This document shows, piece by piece, positions 49,509 through 58,395 of a stretch of 64,000 bases of DNA; position 1 is the stretch's first letter, and the number at the start of each line of letters is the position of its first letter. The stretch lies in sequence record NC_042013.1, one strand, 5' to 3'. The notes under the pieces are model-generated. The model was not told the DNA's origin and ran no database searches. It saw only the letters and a list, made by a program, of their open reading frames with translations. The position numbers were made by a program, and so were the translations under genes.

Positions 49509-50053
49509 CAGATATCACCAAAAATCAATCGATGTGCTTCATAATACAACATCAATCCACGTCCGTGAAGGTGTTTCTCGATATCAGTATGATCAATAAT
49601 TAACGGCATTAAGCATTCATCATTTTCAATATAATTGGTTGGCTCGTCACAAATAGCGGTAAAGAATTGTTGCGCTGAATTCGGGAAAGGGTATTTGTTC
49701 CCTTCCGGTTCTGGACCCTCAATAATACTACGCATAAAACCAACGGCGACCAAGTCTTTTACAACAACACCTGTTTCCTCGAGAGTTTCCCTAATAGCTG
49801 CAACCCTTGGTGTTTCAAGAACACCATTTACAAAATCACGATGACCACCGGGAACCTCTGCGCCACGTCGACGGTTATTCGTCAACACAATTCTATTAGC
49901 ATCAATGAAAGGGAAACAAAAAGCGGTTGGGATAATTTCATCAGGAGCAAGTTGTCTTGAGAAAACGACATCAACCTTATTTGGCTTCGAAAGGTAGCTA
50001 ATGTTCTCTTGAAGCCCAACACCGGGATACTCAAGAAATTCGGTGATGTTCAT
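49508..50053 (-). CDS. Nudix hydrolase
   Basis: Nudix box PGGHRD...ETPRVAAIRETLEETG. Confidence 0.85.
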   Translation of the reverse strand: MNITEFLEYPGVGLQENISYLSKPNKVDVVFSRQLAPDEIIPTAFCFPFIDANRIVLTNNRRRGAEVPGGHRDFVNGVLETPRVAAIRETLEETGVVVKDLVAVGFMRSIIEGPEPEGNKYPFPNSAQQFFTAICDEPTNYIENDECLMPLIIDHTDIEKHLHGRGLMLYYEAHRLIFGDI

Positions 50054-50174
50054 ATTTTCTCCTTACGCGTGATTGATTTTCCAATTATTAAGTCATTCCT
50101 ATGAATATGTCAAACCGTATTGACATTTGGTTGTTGTAATATATGATTACTTTTTTACCAACAAGGAGAAAATC

Positions 50175-50339
50175 ATGGATACCACCCTAACGGATATTAT
50201 CATTGATACCATCGTTAATGCCGCATATCTTCACGAATGGCAGAAGCGAGAACTCGTTGCAGGGGTATATGGCGAAGATAGTAAAGAATATGCAAAATTT
50301 AATGAACGTCTTGCTGAATTGAAAATTCAACAATATTGA
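50175..50339 (+). CDS. Hypothetical protein
   Basis: AAGGAG RBS, MDTTLTD start; divergent TTGACA promoter. Confidence 0.6.
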   Translation: MDTTLTDIIIDTIVNAAYLHEWQKRELVAGVYGEDSKEYAKFNERLAELKIQQY

Positions 50340-50391
50340 AAATCATATCCTCAATGATGTAATATGAATTACATTAATTAAGGATATAAAT

Positions 50392-51150
50392 ATGCAAATT
50401 GGTAATGGGACATTCTTGAAAGGCGATTGCCTTGAATTAATGAAAGAAATTCCTGATGGATCAATAGATATGATCCTTTGCGATCTACCTTATGGTACAA
50501 CTGAATGTAAATGGGACACTATTATTCCTTTTGATGCTCTTTGGGAGCAGTATTGGAGAATAACTAAACCAAATTCGCCTATTGTTTTGACAGCATCGCA
50601 ACCTTTTACAAGCGCATTAGTAATGTCACAGATTGATTTTTACAAAACCAGTTGGATATGGAACAAATCACAATCTGGAAGTTTTGCGAATGCTAAATAC
50701 CATCCTCTTAAGATTACAGAAGACATTTTAGTTTTTGGACGTAAAAGGATTAATTATTATCCACAAATGAGGACAGGAAAAATGCGACCAAAAGGCGGGT
50801 CTAAAAAAACCAGTGAAATACAGATAAGACTAAAAGAAAATATCAATTTTAATGACCAGTATTTCCCAACTAACGTCTTAGAAATACCATCAGAACGAAA
50901 TAATAGAATACATCCAACACAAAAACCAGTTGCCCTGTTTGAATATTTGATCAATACATACACCAACGAAGGCGAAACAGTTCTCGATAACACAGCCGGT
51001 TCAGGTACAACCGCAATTGCGGCTATCAATACTAATCGCAAGTGGATTTGTATGGAACGAGACGAAACATATTATGAAAAAGCAACCGAGCGTGTTAAGA
51101 ACCATACACCAACGATAGACGATAACCCTGACGGGCTATTTGAATTTTAA
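50392..51150 (+). CDS. Orphan N6-A/N4-C DNA methyltransferase (beta class)
   Basis: DMILCDLPYG (motif IV), HPTQKP, VLDNTAGSGTT (motif I). Confidence 0.9.
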   Translation: MQIGNGTFLKGDCLELMKEIPDGSIDMILCDLPYGTTECKWDTIIPFDALWEQYWRITKPNSPIVLTASQPFTSALVMSQIDFYKTSWIWNKSQSGSFANAKYHPLKITEDILVFGRKRINYYPQMRTGKMRPKGGSKKTSEIQIRLKENINFNDQYFPTNVLEIPSERNNRIHPTQKPVALFEYLINTYTNEGETVLDNTAGSGTTAIAAINTNRKWICMERDETYYEKATERVKNHTPTIDDNPDGLFEF

Positions 51151-51265
51151 AAATAATCTATTGACATTTTCCTCAATTGTGATAATTATAAATTTCGAAG
51201 GAACGGAATTTATACATTTTCGTTCTATCAACTACACCGACAATTCTCAACGGAGGAACTGTAAA

Positions 51266-51466
51266 ATGACAATTAAAGTAGATGATAACGGATTGCTTGA
51301 GGCTTATGAATTCAATAAACGTATCATCGACAAGGTGATGGGATATCTGTTGGAAAATGAACTCATCGAAGAAACAGATATCGATGATACAGACCAAACA
51401 CCAGAAGGTGCAGCACAGACGTTCATTAACGTTTATGAACGGCTTCGTAGCAAGTCCCTTAGCTAA
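51266..51466 (+). CDS. Acidic hypothetical protein
   Basis: GGAGGA RBS before MTIKVDD. Confidence 0.65.
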   Translation: MTIKVDDNGLLEAYEFNKRIIDKVMGYLLENELIEETDIDDTDQTPEGAAQTFINVYERLRSKSLS

Positions 51467-51473
51467 AAAATAA

Positions 51474-51584
51474 TACCAATCCCCGTCTCTCGCTGCACAG
51501 CCCTGTCTGGCATTTATCGGATTTTCCAGCAGCTTTGTTAAGACTAAATCGGTTTGACAGTTATAAACCGAATGGGGATTGGTA
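51474..51584. ncRNA. Candidate 111-nt pseudoknotted RNA element between convergent genes
   Basis: Closing stem taccaatcccc/ggggattggta, internal tcggttt/aaaccga and gctgc/gcagc stems, loop gacag complementary to ctgtc. Confidence 0.5.
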
Positions 51585-51606
51585 ATTCATTTAATCAAAA
51601 ATCATA

Positions 51607-51936
51607 TTATTTGTCAATGATAATTCTTCGTAAGAATTTAATCATGTGACCGGGCGATGGGAAATCCTCCTCATCTAAGTAAATTTTTTGACCTCCAACA
51701 AAACTAACCCTTAGTTGCTTTATTTTAGGATGATACAAAAAATATGAAACATCCAAACTCACTTCTCCGCATAGTGGAAACAAATCAGTTAAATTAGTGG
51801 TGTATTCGGTATATCTCTGCAAACTATAATATTCGAATACACCATTATTATTTCCGCGAAGAGTCGTATAAAATTCTCTATCCTTAAAGTGTGAAAGATC
51901 GTTTATATTATCCTGATTCCTGTATATAACGATCAT
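51607..51936 (-). CDS. SDhhP-family small protein, block E
   Basis: IYRNQDNI...LTDLFPL. Confidence 0.75.
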   Translation of the reverse strand: MIVIYRNQDNINDLSHFKDREFYTTLRGNNNGVFEYYSLQRYTEYTTNLTDLFPLCGEVSLDVSYFLYHPKIKQLRVSFVGGQKIYLDEEDFPSPGHMIKFLRRIIIDK

Positions 51937-52247
51937 TACGAAACCTCAATTAAACGGTGATTTGTTAACAATGTTAACAAGTAGTTGTATGTTGTATAAA
52001 TGGATTGCCTATTTCGGCTAGAAAAATTTATACAACACGTATTATATTGATCAAAAATTATTAAGGATACATCACTATGTATAACACCAGAAGACGGTAA
52101 TAAATCAGACATTTCAGTTGTGTAATTGGCTTTATCATAAAGCCATACACCATTACTATCACCCATAAGACTTTGATAGAAACGTCTGTCCTCAGATGAC
52201 TGCAACTGATATAAAATATTATGTCGCCCGCGATAAGTTATATTCAT
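51936..52247 (-). CDS. SDhhP-family small protein, block E
   Basis: TYRGRHNI...MSDLLPS. Confidence 0.75.
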   Translation of the reverse strand: MNITYRGRHNILYQLQSSEDRRFYQSLMGDSNGVWLYDKANYTTEMSDLLPSSGVIHSDVSLIIFDQYNTCCINFSSRNRQSIYTTYNYLLTLLTNHRLIEVS

Positions 52248-52606
52248 ACCAAAATTTCCAATTCAATCATTTTTTCTAACAAATCATTTGGTTTTATTGC
52301 GGTGGACTCGTAAATGGTTGATTCTTTGTCCATAGCGGCGGTATAAGAGTAAGAGTCTTTATTATCATAATCAAATACAAAATAAGAAATTTGATCAGCA
52401 ACCTTTAAAGACGTTGGTAACACCAAACTGGTATCGTTAACAAATATTTCATTATTATAATTACTATTATCAATATGCCACAAATAGTCGTGTCCTCCCA
52501 AATGGGACAACAATTTATTTTTATATACGATAGACATAATTTCATTCGTCACGTTATAACGATTTCGATAAACTATAAACATCGAATTACACGATGACCT
52601 CCTCAA
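52244..52606 (-). CDS. SDhhP-family small protein, block E
   Basis: VYRNRYNV...TSLVLPT. Confidence 0.72.
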   Translation of the reverse strand: MRRSSCNSMFIVYRNRYNVTNEIMSIVYKNKLLSHLGGHDYLWHIDNSNYNNEIFVNDTSLVLPTSLKVADQISYFVFDYDNKDSYSYTAAMDKESTIYESTAIKPNDLLEKMIELEILV

Positions 52607-52925
52607 ACGCTTGTATGCTTTTTAAAACATTAAAGACTTTCGATGAACCATATGGAACCCCCTCGCCGTTACGGTGAACGTAAATCTTTCGTAACGTAAA
52701 ATCATACGAGATAGCTGATATAGAAGATTTAATCTCTAAACTTGTTGGGAAAATTTCGGATGTTGAGAGAACATATCTATTGTCCTTTAATGGTTCATAC
52801 CAGTACCATATATAAGCATTATCGCCCATCGTTTTGATAATTTCATCTCGACGCAAAAGACCGTCCGTCTCCTCGAGAAGATTGTAGCGAGAACGATATA
52901 TCAAATACTTGTTCAAGACATCCAT
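52587..52925 (-). CDS. SDhhP-family small protein, block E
   Basis: IYRSRYNL...TSEIFPT. Confidence 0.75.
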   Translation of the reverse strand: MDVLNKYLIYRSRYNLLEETDGLLRRDEIIKTMGDNAYIWYWYEPLKDNRYVLSTSEIFPTSLEIKSSISAISYDFTLRKIYVHRNGEGVPYGSSKVFNVLKSIQAFEEVIV

Positions 52926-53251
52926 CCAATTTCAATAAACTTATCCACGTTAAAGTCGTTAATAATAGTTGGATCAGGAATATCTTTAAACCAAATATAC
53001 AATATATTAGGCCGTATGTGGAAATTCCAACATTTTACATTTTCATTAAAATTATACCGAGTAGGTATGATATCACTTAATTCAAACCCATACGAATGAA
53101 TATTGGTTAATGTCACATCCTCTGCCAAAACCCATATGAAATCATGTGGCGTAGACCCTTCACTGTCTAATGCCTTTATAAACGTGTCATACTTCGTACC
53201 TTTAAAAACATCAATAACATATTCGCGTGACATAAAAATTAAATTGTTCAT
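52913..53251 (-). CDS. SDhhP-family small protein, block E
   Basis: FMSREYV...LSDIIPT. Confidence 0.75.
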   Translation of the reverse strand: MNNLIFMSREYVIDVFKGTKYDTFIKALDSEGSTPHDFIWVLAEDVTLTNIHSYGFELSDIIPTRYNFNENVKCWNFHIRPNILYIWFKDIPDPTIINDFNVDKFIEIGWMS

Positions 53252-53574
53252 AAATTAAAAACTCCATACGCCATCAACTTATACATCGTTATATCTGTAA
53301 TAACACGAACACTGGTAGTGTACCATATAGTAAATGTCCCATTACGTCTATCAAATTGTAGTGCAAAAATGTCATCGCTTATTTTTAAATTAATAGGAAA
53401 TAGATCGTCTATTTCGCATGAGGAATGCACGTTTGAAAAATCGTATCCGTGATAAAGTAAGAACACTCCCGTTTTATCTTTAAGGTGTCGCTCAATATTA
53501 TCCAACCCCTGTGGGGTAAAATGCATAGGTTTGTTATCAATATATTTCCGACTAATATACGTGATGTATCTCAT
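53248..53574 (-). CDS. SDhhP-family small protein, block E
   Basis: YISRKYI...IDDLFPI. Confidence 0.75.
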   Translation of the reverse strand: MRYITYISRKYIDNKPMHFTPQGLDNIERHLKDKTGVFLLYHGYDFSNVHSSCEIDDLFPINLKISDDIFALQFDRRNGTFTIWYTTSVRVITDITMYKLMAYGVFNL

Positions 53575-53894
53575 TCAAAAATATCCAGTTCAGTAATTTT
53601 GAATAATTCAAAATGAGGTATACAAATGCATGGCTCATTCTCAATCCACACATCAATAGATTTTGATAGGGTGTCATAAAACAAGCACTCAACATTTGGC
53701 TTAACTGATTTATTAAATGGGATTAAGTCAGAAACTTCATTAATGAATATATCATTTTCTGTGATAAGAAAATCAATTTCTGTTAGAATAAAAATACCGT
53801 CGCCAGTCATCCTTGGAAGAATAATCGCCGCAGATTTCTCGTTGAATAATTTATCAGAGACATTTTTTCTTGAATAATATTTGATATATCTCAT
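53571..53894 (-). CDS. SDhhP-family small protein, block E
   Basis: YYSRKNV...VSDLIPF. Confidence 0.75.
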   Translation of the reverse strand: MRYIKYYSRKNVSDKLFNEKSAAIILPRMTGDGIFILTEIDFLITENDIFINEVSDLIPFNKSVKPNVECLFYDTLSKSIDVWIENEPCICIPHFELFKITELDIFE

Positions 53895-54211
53895 ACAAAA
53901 ATCTCACAATCTATAATATTTCCAATGATTGGTATTTTTCTTGGTACGTCATAACCATTCTCCCATACAGTAAACGTATCAGTCCCAAACTCCAATAAAA
54001 GCATATCTATGGTAGGGTTAATTATCTTTGACGTTGGAAAAATTTTAGATGTACAATCAATAACAATACTATCGTCAGTAATAACCCATTCTGTTATTGC
54101 CCACACATAATCCTTCGTAACCTTTGGAAGCAAAACGGCACGGGCGCGCTCTTGGAAAGGAGGACTTGTTATTTCTCGAATATGATAATATTCCAAATAA
54201 AGGGGGTTCAT
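53891..54211 (-). CDS. SDhhP-family small protein, block E
   Basis: TSKIFPT. Confidence 0.72.
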   Translation of the reverse strand: MNPLYLEYYHIREITSPPFQERARAVLLPKVTKDYVWAITEWVITDDSIVIDCTSKIFPTSKIINPTIDMLLLEFGTDTFTVWENGYDVPRKIPIIGNIIDCEIFV

Positions 54212-54555
54212 ACGAATACTCCTTTTTCAAAGAACTGTTCTATTAAATTGCTTACACCTTGATAACGTCCACTATGACAATTATTAAATCTATCTTTATT
54301 GTTTGGCGATTCTTTATACATAATATTAAACGCACCGTATTTTGAAATATTAATATATGAAATTTCAGGATTAATACTAACACTAAATGGAAACATATCT
54401 TCTATGCAGAATGTATTATGAATATATCCTTTACCAAAATTTCCATAGCGCCATAAAAAATCATGGCCGTCAATGTATTTCAACAAAGACGCCGTAACGG
54501 GTGAAGGAACCGCATCGAACTCTAAATTATAACGCGTACGATATTCTATATCCAT
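54208..54555 (-). CDS. SDhhP-family small protein, block E
   Basis: EYRTRYNL...IEDMFPF. Confidence 0.75.
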   Translation of the reverse strand: MDIEYRTRYNLEFDAVPSPVTASLLKYIDGHDFLWRYGNFGKGYIHNTFCIEDMFPFSVSINPEISYINISKYGAFNIMYKESPNNKDRFNNCHSGRYQGVSNLIEQFFEKGVFV

Positions 54556-54863
54556 TTGACGATATTCATTCTGATAAGTGTGGAAAAAATATTGGTCGTA
54601 TAATTGCTAATAGGATTGTCAACTCCCCTATAATATACTCGAATAAAATGATGGGAACATAGAAGGAATGTTACTCTCTCGTTTATCTCAATGGAATAGG
54701 GAAAGATACCGTTGATATCGGTATAAGTAATATCTTCATCCTCATCGCCCTCTACAATCCATACGCCATCCTTGTCACCAAGGACATTCAAAAGTTCATT
54801 GCGGACATCCTTATCAACCAATGCATTAACGATGTTATCTCGGCTGCGATACATCACTATCAT
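54546..54863 (-). CDS. SDhhP-family small protein, block E
   Basis: MYRSRDNI..LGDKDGVW...INGIFPY. Confidence 0.75.
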   Translation of the reverse strand: MIVMYRSRDNIVNALVDKDVRNELLNVLGDKDGVWIVEGDEDEDITYTDINGIFPYSIEINERVTFLLCSHHFIRVYYRGVDNPISNYTTNIFSTLIRMNIVKWI

Positions 54864-55159
54864 AGTTCCTCCAATAATACTTCGTGTTCAATACACGTTT
54901 CGATAGGATTAAGCGTTTGTATAGACACAGCCCTACCATCTTGAAAATGGAACGCTACGTTAGTTGGCTTGATAATTAAAAAATATATGTCTTTATGGAC
55001 CGCGCATTTAAATGGGACGACATCCTCTATGCTCTTATAAATTTTTTCGTTGATATACCACAGACCGTCGTCGTCGCCCAACTGTTCCATACATTTGTTA
55101 CGGACCATAACGTTGGAGACATCTATGAAACATTCTCTGCTACAATATTCTAAATTCAT
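54860..55159 (-). CDS. SDhhP-family small protein, block E
   Basis: EYCSRE..LGDDDGLW...IEDVVPF. Confidence 0.75.
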   Translation of the reverse strand: MNLEYCSRECFIDVSNVMVRNKCMEQLGDDDGLWYINEKIYKSIEDVVPFKCAVHKDIYFLIIKPTNVAFHFQDGRAVSIQTLNPIETCIEHEVLLEEL

Positions 55160-55234
55160 AATTTCCCCATTTTAAAACGCAGTTAATCCTACTCCAATTA
55201 AGGAGTAAGATCAACTGAATTTTAAGGAGAATTT

Positions 55235-55309
55235 TGGAGCGGGCGAAGGGATTTGAACCCTCGACATTCACGTTGGCAACGTGACGCTCTACCACTGAGC
55301 TACACCCGC
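55235..55309 (-). tRNA. tRNA-Gly(GCC)
   Basis: GCGGGTGTAGCTCAGTGGTAGAGCGTCACGTTGCCAACGTGA...GGGTTCAAATCCCTTCGCCCGCTCCA; full cloverleaf with CCA. Confidence 0.95.
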
Positions 55310-55404
55310 ATTTGCTACCCGCTGCATAGCATATGAAACTCGACCCTTATGGTCTGGCCTTTTCTGGCGCTCGCTCGGACCCGTATAACTTTCGTTATAC
55401 CTCT

Positions 55405-55412
55405 TATTTATA
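55405..55412 (-). promoter_or_regulatory. T4-type late promoter TATAAATA
   Basis: Exact consensus ~95 nt upstream of tRNA-Gly. Confidence 0.6.
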
Positions 55413-55645
55413 GACGGTAGGGTATATATACCGTCTTTCTCTACCGCCACCCTTTTCAGGGATTATTGTTTGATCCATCATAAATGACGTTCGCATTATC
55501 AAACAATAATTGCCGGTTATGCCTTCCGGCGTGATCTTTCGCGTCACCAAACCCGTCTGGACGCCGTTACAAAAAAGACAAACCGATGAACTCAGAATGC
55601 TTTATCCTTGGAGATACTAACGGAAATATCTGTATCCAAGGTGGG

Positions 55646-55723
55646 TGGTTGCGGAGGCAGGATTTGAACCTGCGATCCTCAGCTTATGAGGCTGATGAGT
55701 TAAACCGACTTCTCCACTCCGCG
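55646..55723 (-). tRNA. tRNA-Met(CAT), initiator-like
   Basis: CGCGGAG...CTCCGCAACCA with C1-A72 mismatch; anticodon arm TCAGC-CTCATAA-GCTGA. Confidence 0.92.
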
Positions 55724-55729
55724 TATTTC

Positions 55730-55737
55730 TATTTATA
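55730..55737 (-). promoter_or_regulatory. T4-type late promoter TATAAATA
   Basis: Exact consensus 6 nt upstream of tRNA-Met. Confidence 0.7.
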
Positions 55738-55787
55738 ACAGAACGACGACTTTAATGCAAATAAATAATGTAAATGGGTTTAAAAAA

Positions 55788-56783
55788 ATGAAATTAATTA
55801 ATCTTTTAGAACATGATGTCAAAGGCGATAAGGTAACAAAGTCATATGATAAACTTTATCATATTACCGATTACACAGGTGTTGCCCATACCGTAAAAAC
55901 AAATACATTAAATGCGCAACGCCAAGGTTATATTTCTGTAACATACGATGACAACGTTTTGGTTGTAGGCGGTAGAGACCATTATCATTTTCGTTTCATT
56001 ATAAACGGTGACGTACTTAATAAGTATGACGGTTTTTATTATACCTCTTGGGCAAAAGTATCCGATGGCTCAAAGCATTGGTATGATGAAAAAGAAATAG
56101 GCGTCCAAACAACAGCAATCAATCCATTTTCACAATTCTGCGAGGGATTTGAAATCCTCATTAATGTTTTTTCACGTTCATTAATACAATGGCTATTTTA
56201 TAAAACGGAATCAATTCGTGGTATTGAGGCATTGGCTATCATCAAAACAAAATGGAAAGTTCCATTATATGTTAATGTTGATGGTAGACGACCGCTTACC
56301 AAAGAAGAAAATGATTTCTTAACAGAATGTTTCAAGGTTCGTGATTTGCCATTTGAAGAGGCACTAAGACACTTAGTCCAGAAATTCGATATTGCTGATC
56401 ATTTCGGCGGGAAAATTACAACTAAAAAAATAGATGATACCGAAATCATTAATACCCAACTTGACAAAATTAATGATATAGTAGCAGGAAAGAAATATAA
56501 AGATATTAATCTTTCTGCGTTGGAAAAAACTGTATACGAAACATTAGAAAAGATTGATCCTAATTTCAAGAATACTTTCAATGAACTTAAGTCAAAAGGT
56601 ATTTTTAGTGTTCATACAAAGCCTGTTAATTGGTCTATCTTGTTTAAAGAGATTTCAAAAGACAGCGAATATAGCTACATAGACGAAATGGTTAAAGAGA
56701 TTAAAAATTCTGAAAGTTTTTATAATGATCCGATGTATGCTGATTTCGTCAAGAACGCATCACACGCGAGGGCTGGCACATGA
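55788..56783 (+). CDS. Putative ART-fold protein
   Basis: MKLINLLE leader; KLYHIT...YISVTYD pattern; ATAAATA at 55761-55767. Confidence 0.45.
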   Translation: MKLINLLEHDVKGDKVTKSYDKLYHITDYTGVAHTVKTNTLNAQRQGYISVTYDDNVLVVGGRDHYHFRFIINGDVLNKYDGFYYTSWAKVSDGSKHWYDEKEIGVQTTAINPFSQFCEGFEILINVFSRSLIQWLFYKTESIRGIEALAIIKTKWKVPLYVNVDGRRPLTKEENDFLTECFKVRDLPFEEALRHLVQKFDIADHFGGKITTKKIDDTEIINTQLDKINDIVAGKKYKDINLSALEKTVYETLEKIDPNFKNTFNELKSKGIFSVHTKPVNWSILFKEISKDSEYSYIDEMVKEIKNSESFYNDPMYADFVKNASHARAGT

Positions 56784-57556
56784 AATGGCATCAATTAACT
56801 GAAGATACAAAATTAGATGAAAATAACGTATGGGATTTCATTCAAAAGAACTGCCAACCTTATTTGAAAGAAAATCCAGATTGGATGACCAGACCCCTGT
56901 ATAGAGGTATGAGTTATCGTGGTGATATCCAAATAAAGAATATCCGTAGTGACCGACAACCATCGGACTCTAATAGATTCCTCCATCAGTTATACGATGA
57001 AGCATTCATGGAAAATGGATATGCATTGAATCGAACCAATAGTATTTTTTGTACGGGTGATCGTGAGATGGCGTATAAGTATGGTGAGGCGTATGTCATA
57101 TTCCCTATAGGAAATTTTGCATTTGTATATTCCCCAACTGTTAAAGATTTGTATCTTTTCTCCAAAACGTTTTATCGACGCGGGTTTTTAAAATTCGACA
57201 ACGAAAATGAAAAAATTCTAACAACCGACGATTTGACTGAATTTCTTAGAAACAAATCAAGCGCAGACAAATTAAGAGATGGACCATTTTCATTAAGAGA
57301 ATTAATGGCGTGGCTAAACGAAAACGTTTATACCTTTGGAACATTAATGGCTCATACATCAAGTGATTTAGAGGAATTATTTGACAGGCTTGGTTTTGAC
57401 CGACACTATTTCTATCAGAAATTCGGTGAACTTTATTCTAATGATAGCTTAGATAAAGCAATTAGAAGCAACAACGAAATAATGGTTTCAGGTAGCAAGT
57501 ACCTTGCGATACAAGTAGACACGTTTAACCATATGAAAAATAATGGCGCATTTTAA
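56780..57556 (+). CDS. Putative ART-fold protein
   Basis: MKWHQLTE leader; PLYRGM...SIFCTGD...AYKYG pattern. Confidence 0.45.
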   Translation: MKWHQLTEDTKLDENNVWDFIQKNCQPYLKENPDWMTRPLYRGMSYRGDIQIKNIRSDRQPSDSNRFLHQLYDEAFMENGYALNRTNSIFCTGDREMAYKYGEAYVIFPIGNFAFVYSPTVKDLYLFSKTFYRRGFLKFDNENEKILTTDDLTEFLRNKSSADKLRDGPFSLRELMAWLNENVYTFGTLMAHTSSDLEELFDRLGFDRHYFYQKFGELYSNDSLDKAIRSNNEIMVSGSKYLAIQVDTFNHMKNNGAF

Positions 57557-57867
57557 ATATGCGCCATCCTTAATAATTCCTCAATAGACTCGTCATTATG
57601 ATTAATATATGTCACACTATTATTCTTAATGACTGTGTAAAAACCGGTATTACAACGAAATGTTCTAATACCACTCAAGTCTAACGTGAATGGAATTAAG
57701 TCATCGATAGTCATTCCATTCTTATATATCGGTGGATTAGCTACGTTATTATTATATGATTCGAAAAAGTATTCTTGGAGGTGCTGATTTTCTGCTCCCA
57801 AATCAACCTGCATGACTGTTTTGCGAAAACTAAATTGTTTGTTTGCCAAAAATTCATCAATAGTCAT
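57553..57867 (-). CDS. SDhhP-family small protein, block F
   Basis: MTIDEFL...IDDLIPF. Confidence 0.75.
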   Translation of the reverse strand: MTIDEFLANKQFSFRKTVMQVDLGAENQHLQEYFFESYNNNVANPPIYKNGMTIDDLIPFTLDLSGIRTFRCNTGFYTVIKNNSVTYINHNDESIEELLRMAHI

Positions 57868-58124
57868 TTGGTATCCTTTATCAAATGCTCTAATGTTTCG
57901 CCATTATGTGCGTAAAAATGGCCTCGGTCCCCGCGACCTATTTGAAATCCTTTAAGCGGGCGATGTAAGATTGCGGTTATCTCTGGATCATAAAATACAA
58001 ATGGAAACACGTCTAACCAATTGTCATAATAATAATTATGATTTGTGTCGGTATATATAGATACCCCACCATGATGATAATAGACCGCCACATATTTTCC
58101 AGTTAAAAACTCGTCAATTGTCAT
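57864..58124 (-). CDS. SDhhP-family small protein, block F
   Basis: MTIDEFL...WLDVFPF. Confidence 0.75.
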   Translation of the reverse strand: MTIDEFLTGKYVAVYYHHGGVSIYTDTNHNYYYDNWLDVFPFVFYDPEITAILHRPLKGFQIGRGDRGHFYAHNGETLEHLIKDTK

Positions 58125-58395
58125 TTATCATCCGTTCTAAATATTTTTCAAATGGTTCACCGACTTCACTGTTTCCAGTTCTATGATTATTTCCCTCGTA
58201 TTCTAATCTAAAACATTCAAAAAGTACACTGTATGAAACATATTTGAAATCGGTAAGATCGTACGTGAATGGAAAAAAATCCTCAAATGATCCTCGAAGT
58301 ATAACATACGGAGAATTATGGGCGAACTTAATAGAAAGCTCCCGGTAGGGAATATCATAATAAAAGCTTTTATGAATTATGCCTTCAAGCGTCAT
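58114..58395 (-). CDS. SDhhP-family small protein, block F
   Basis: FEDFFPF. Confidence 0.75.
   Translation of the reverse strand: MTLEGIIHKSFYYDIPYRELSIKFAHNSPYVILRGSFEDFFPFTYDLTDFKYVSYSVLFECFRLEYEGNNHRTGNSEVGEPFEKYLERMINDN

Noticed and set aside
49508-50053. Nudix MNITEFLE leader as a capsid-targeting sequence
   Set aside because: Preceded by a sigma70-type promoter (TTGACA-N17-TAATAA) rather than a late box, so excluded from the packaged-protein set
55170-55230. Hairpin downstream of tRNA-Gly as a separate RNA gene
   Set aside because: Single stem (cagtt..ctactcc/ggagtaa..aactg); most simply a terminator or processing signal
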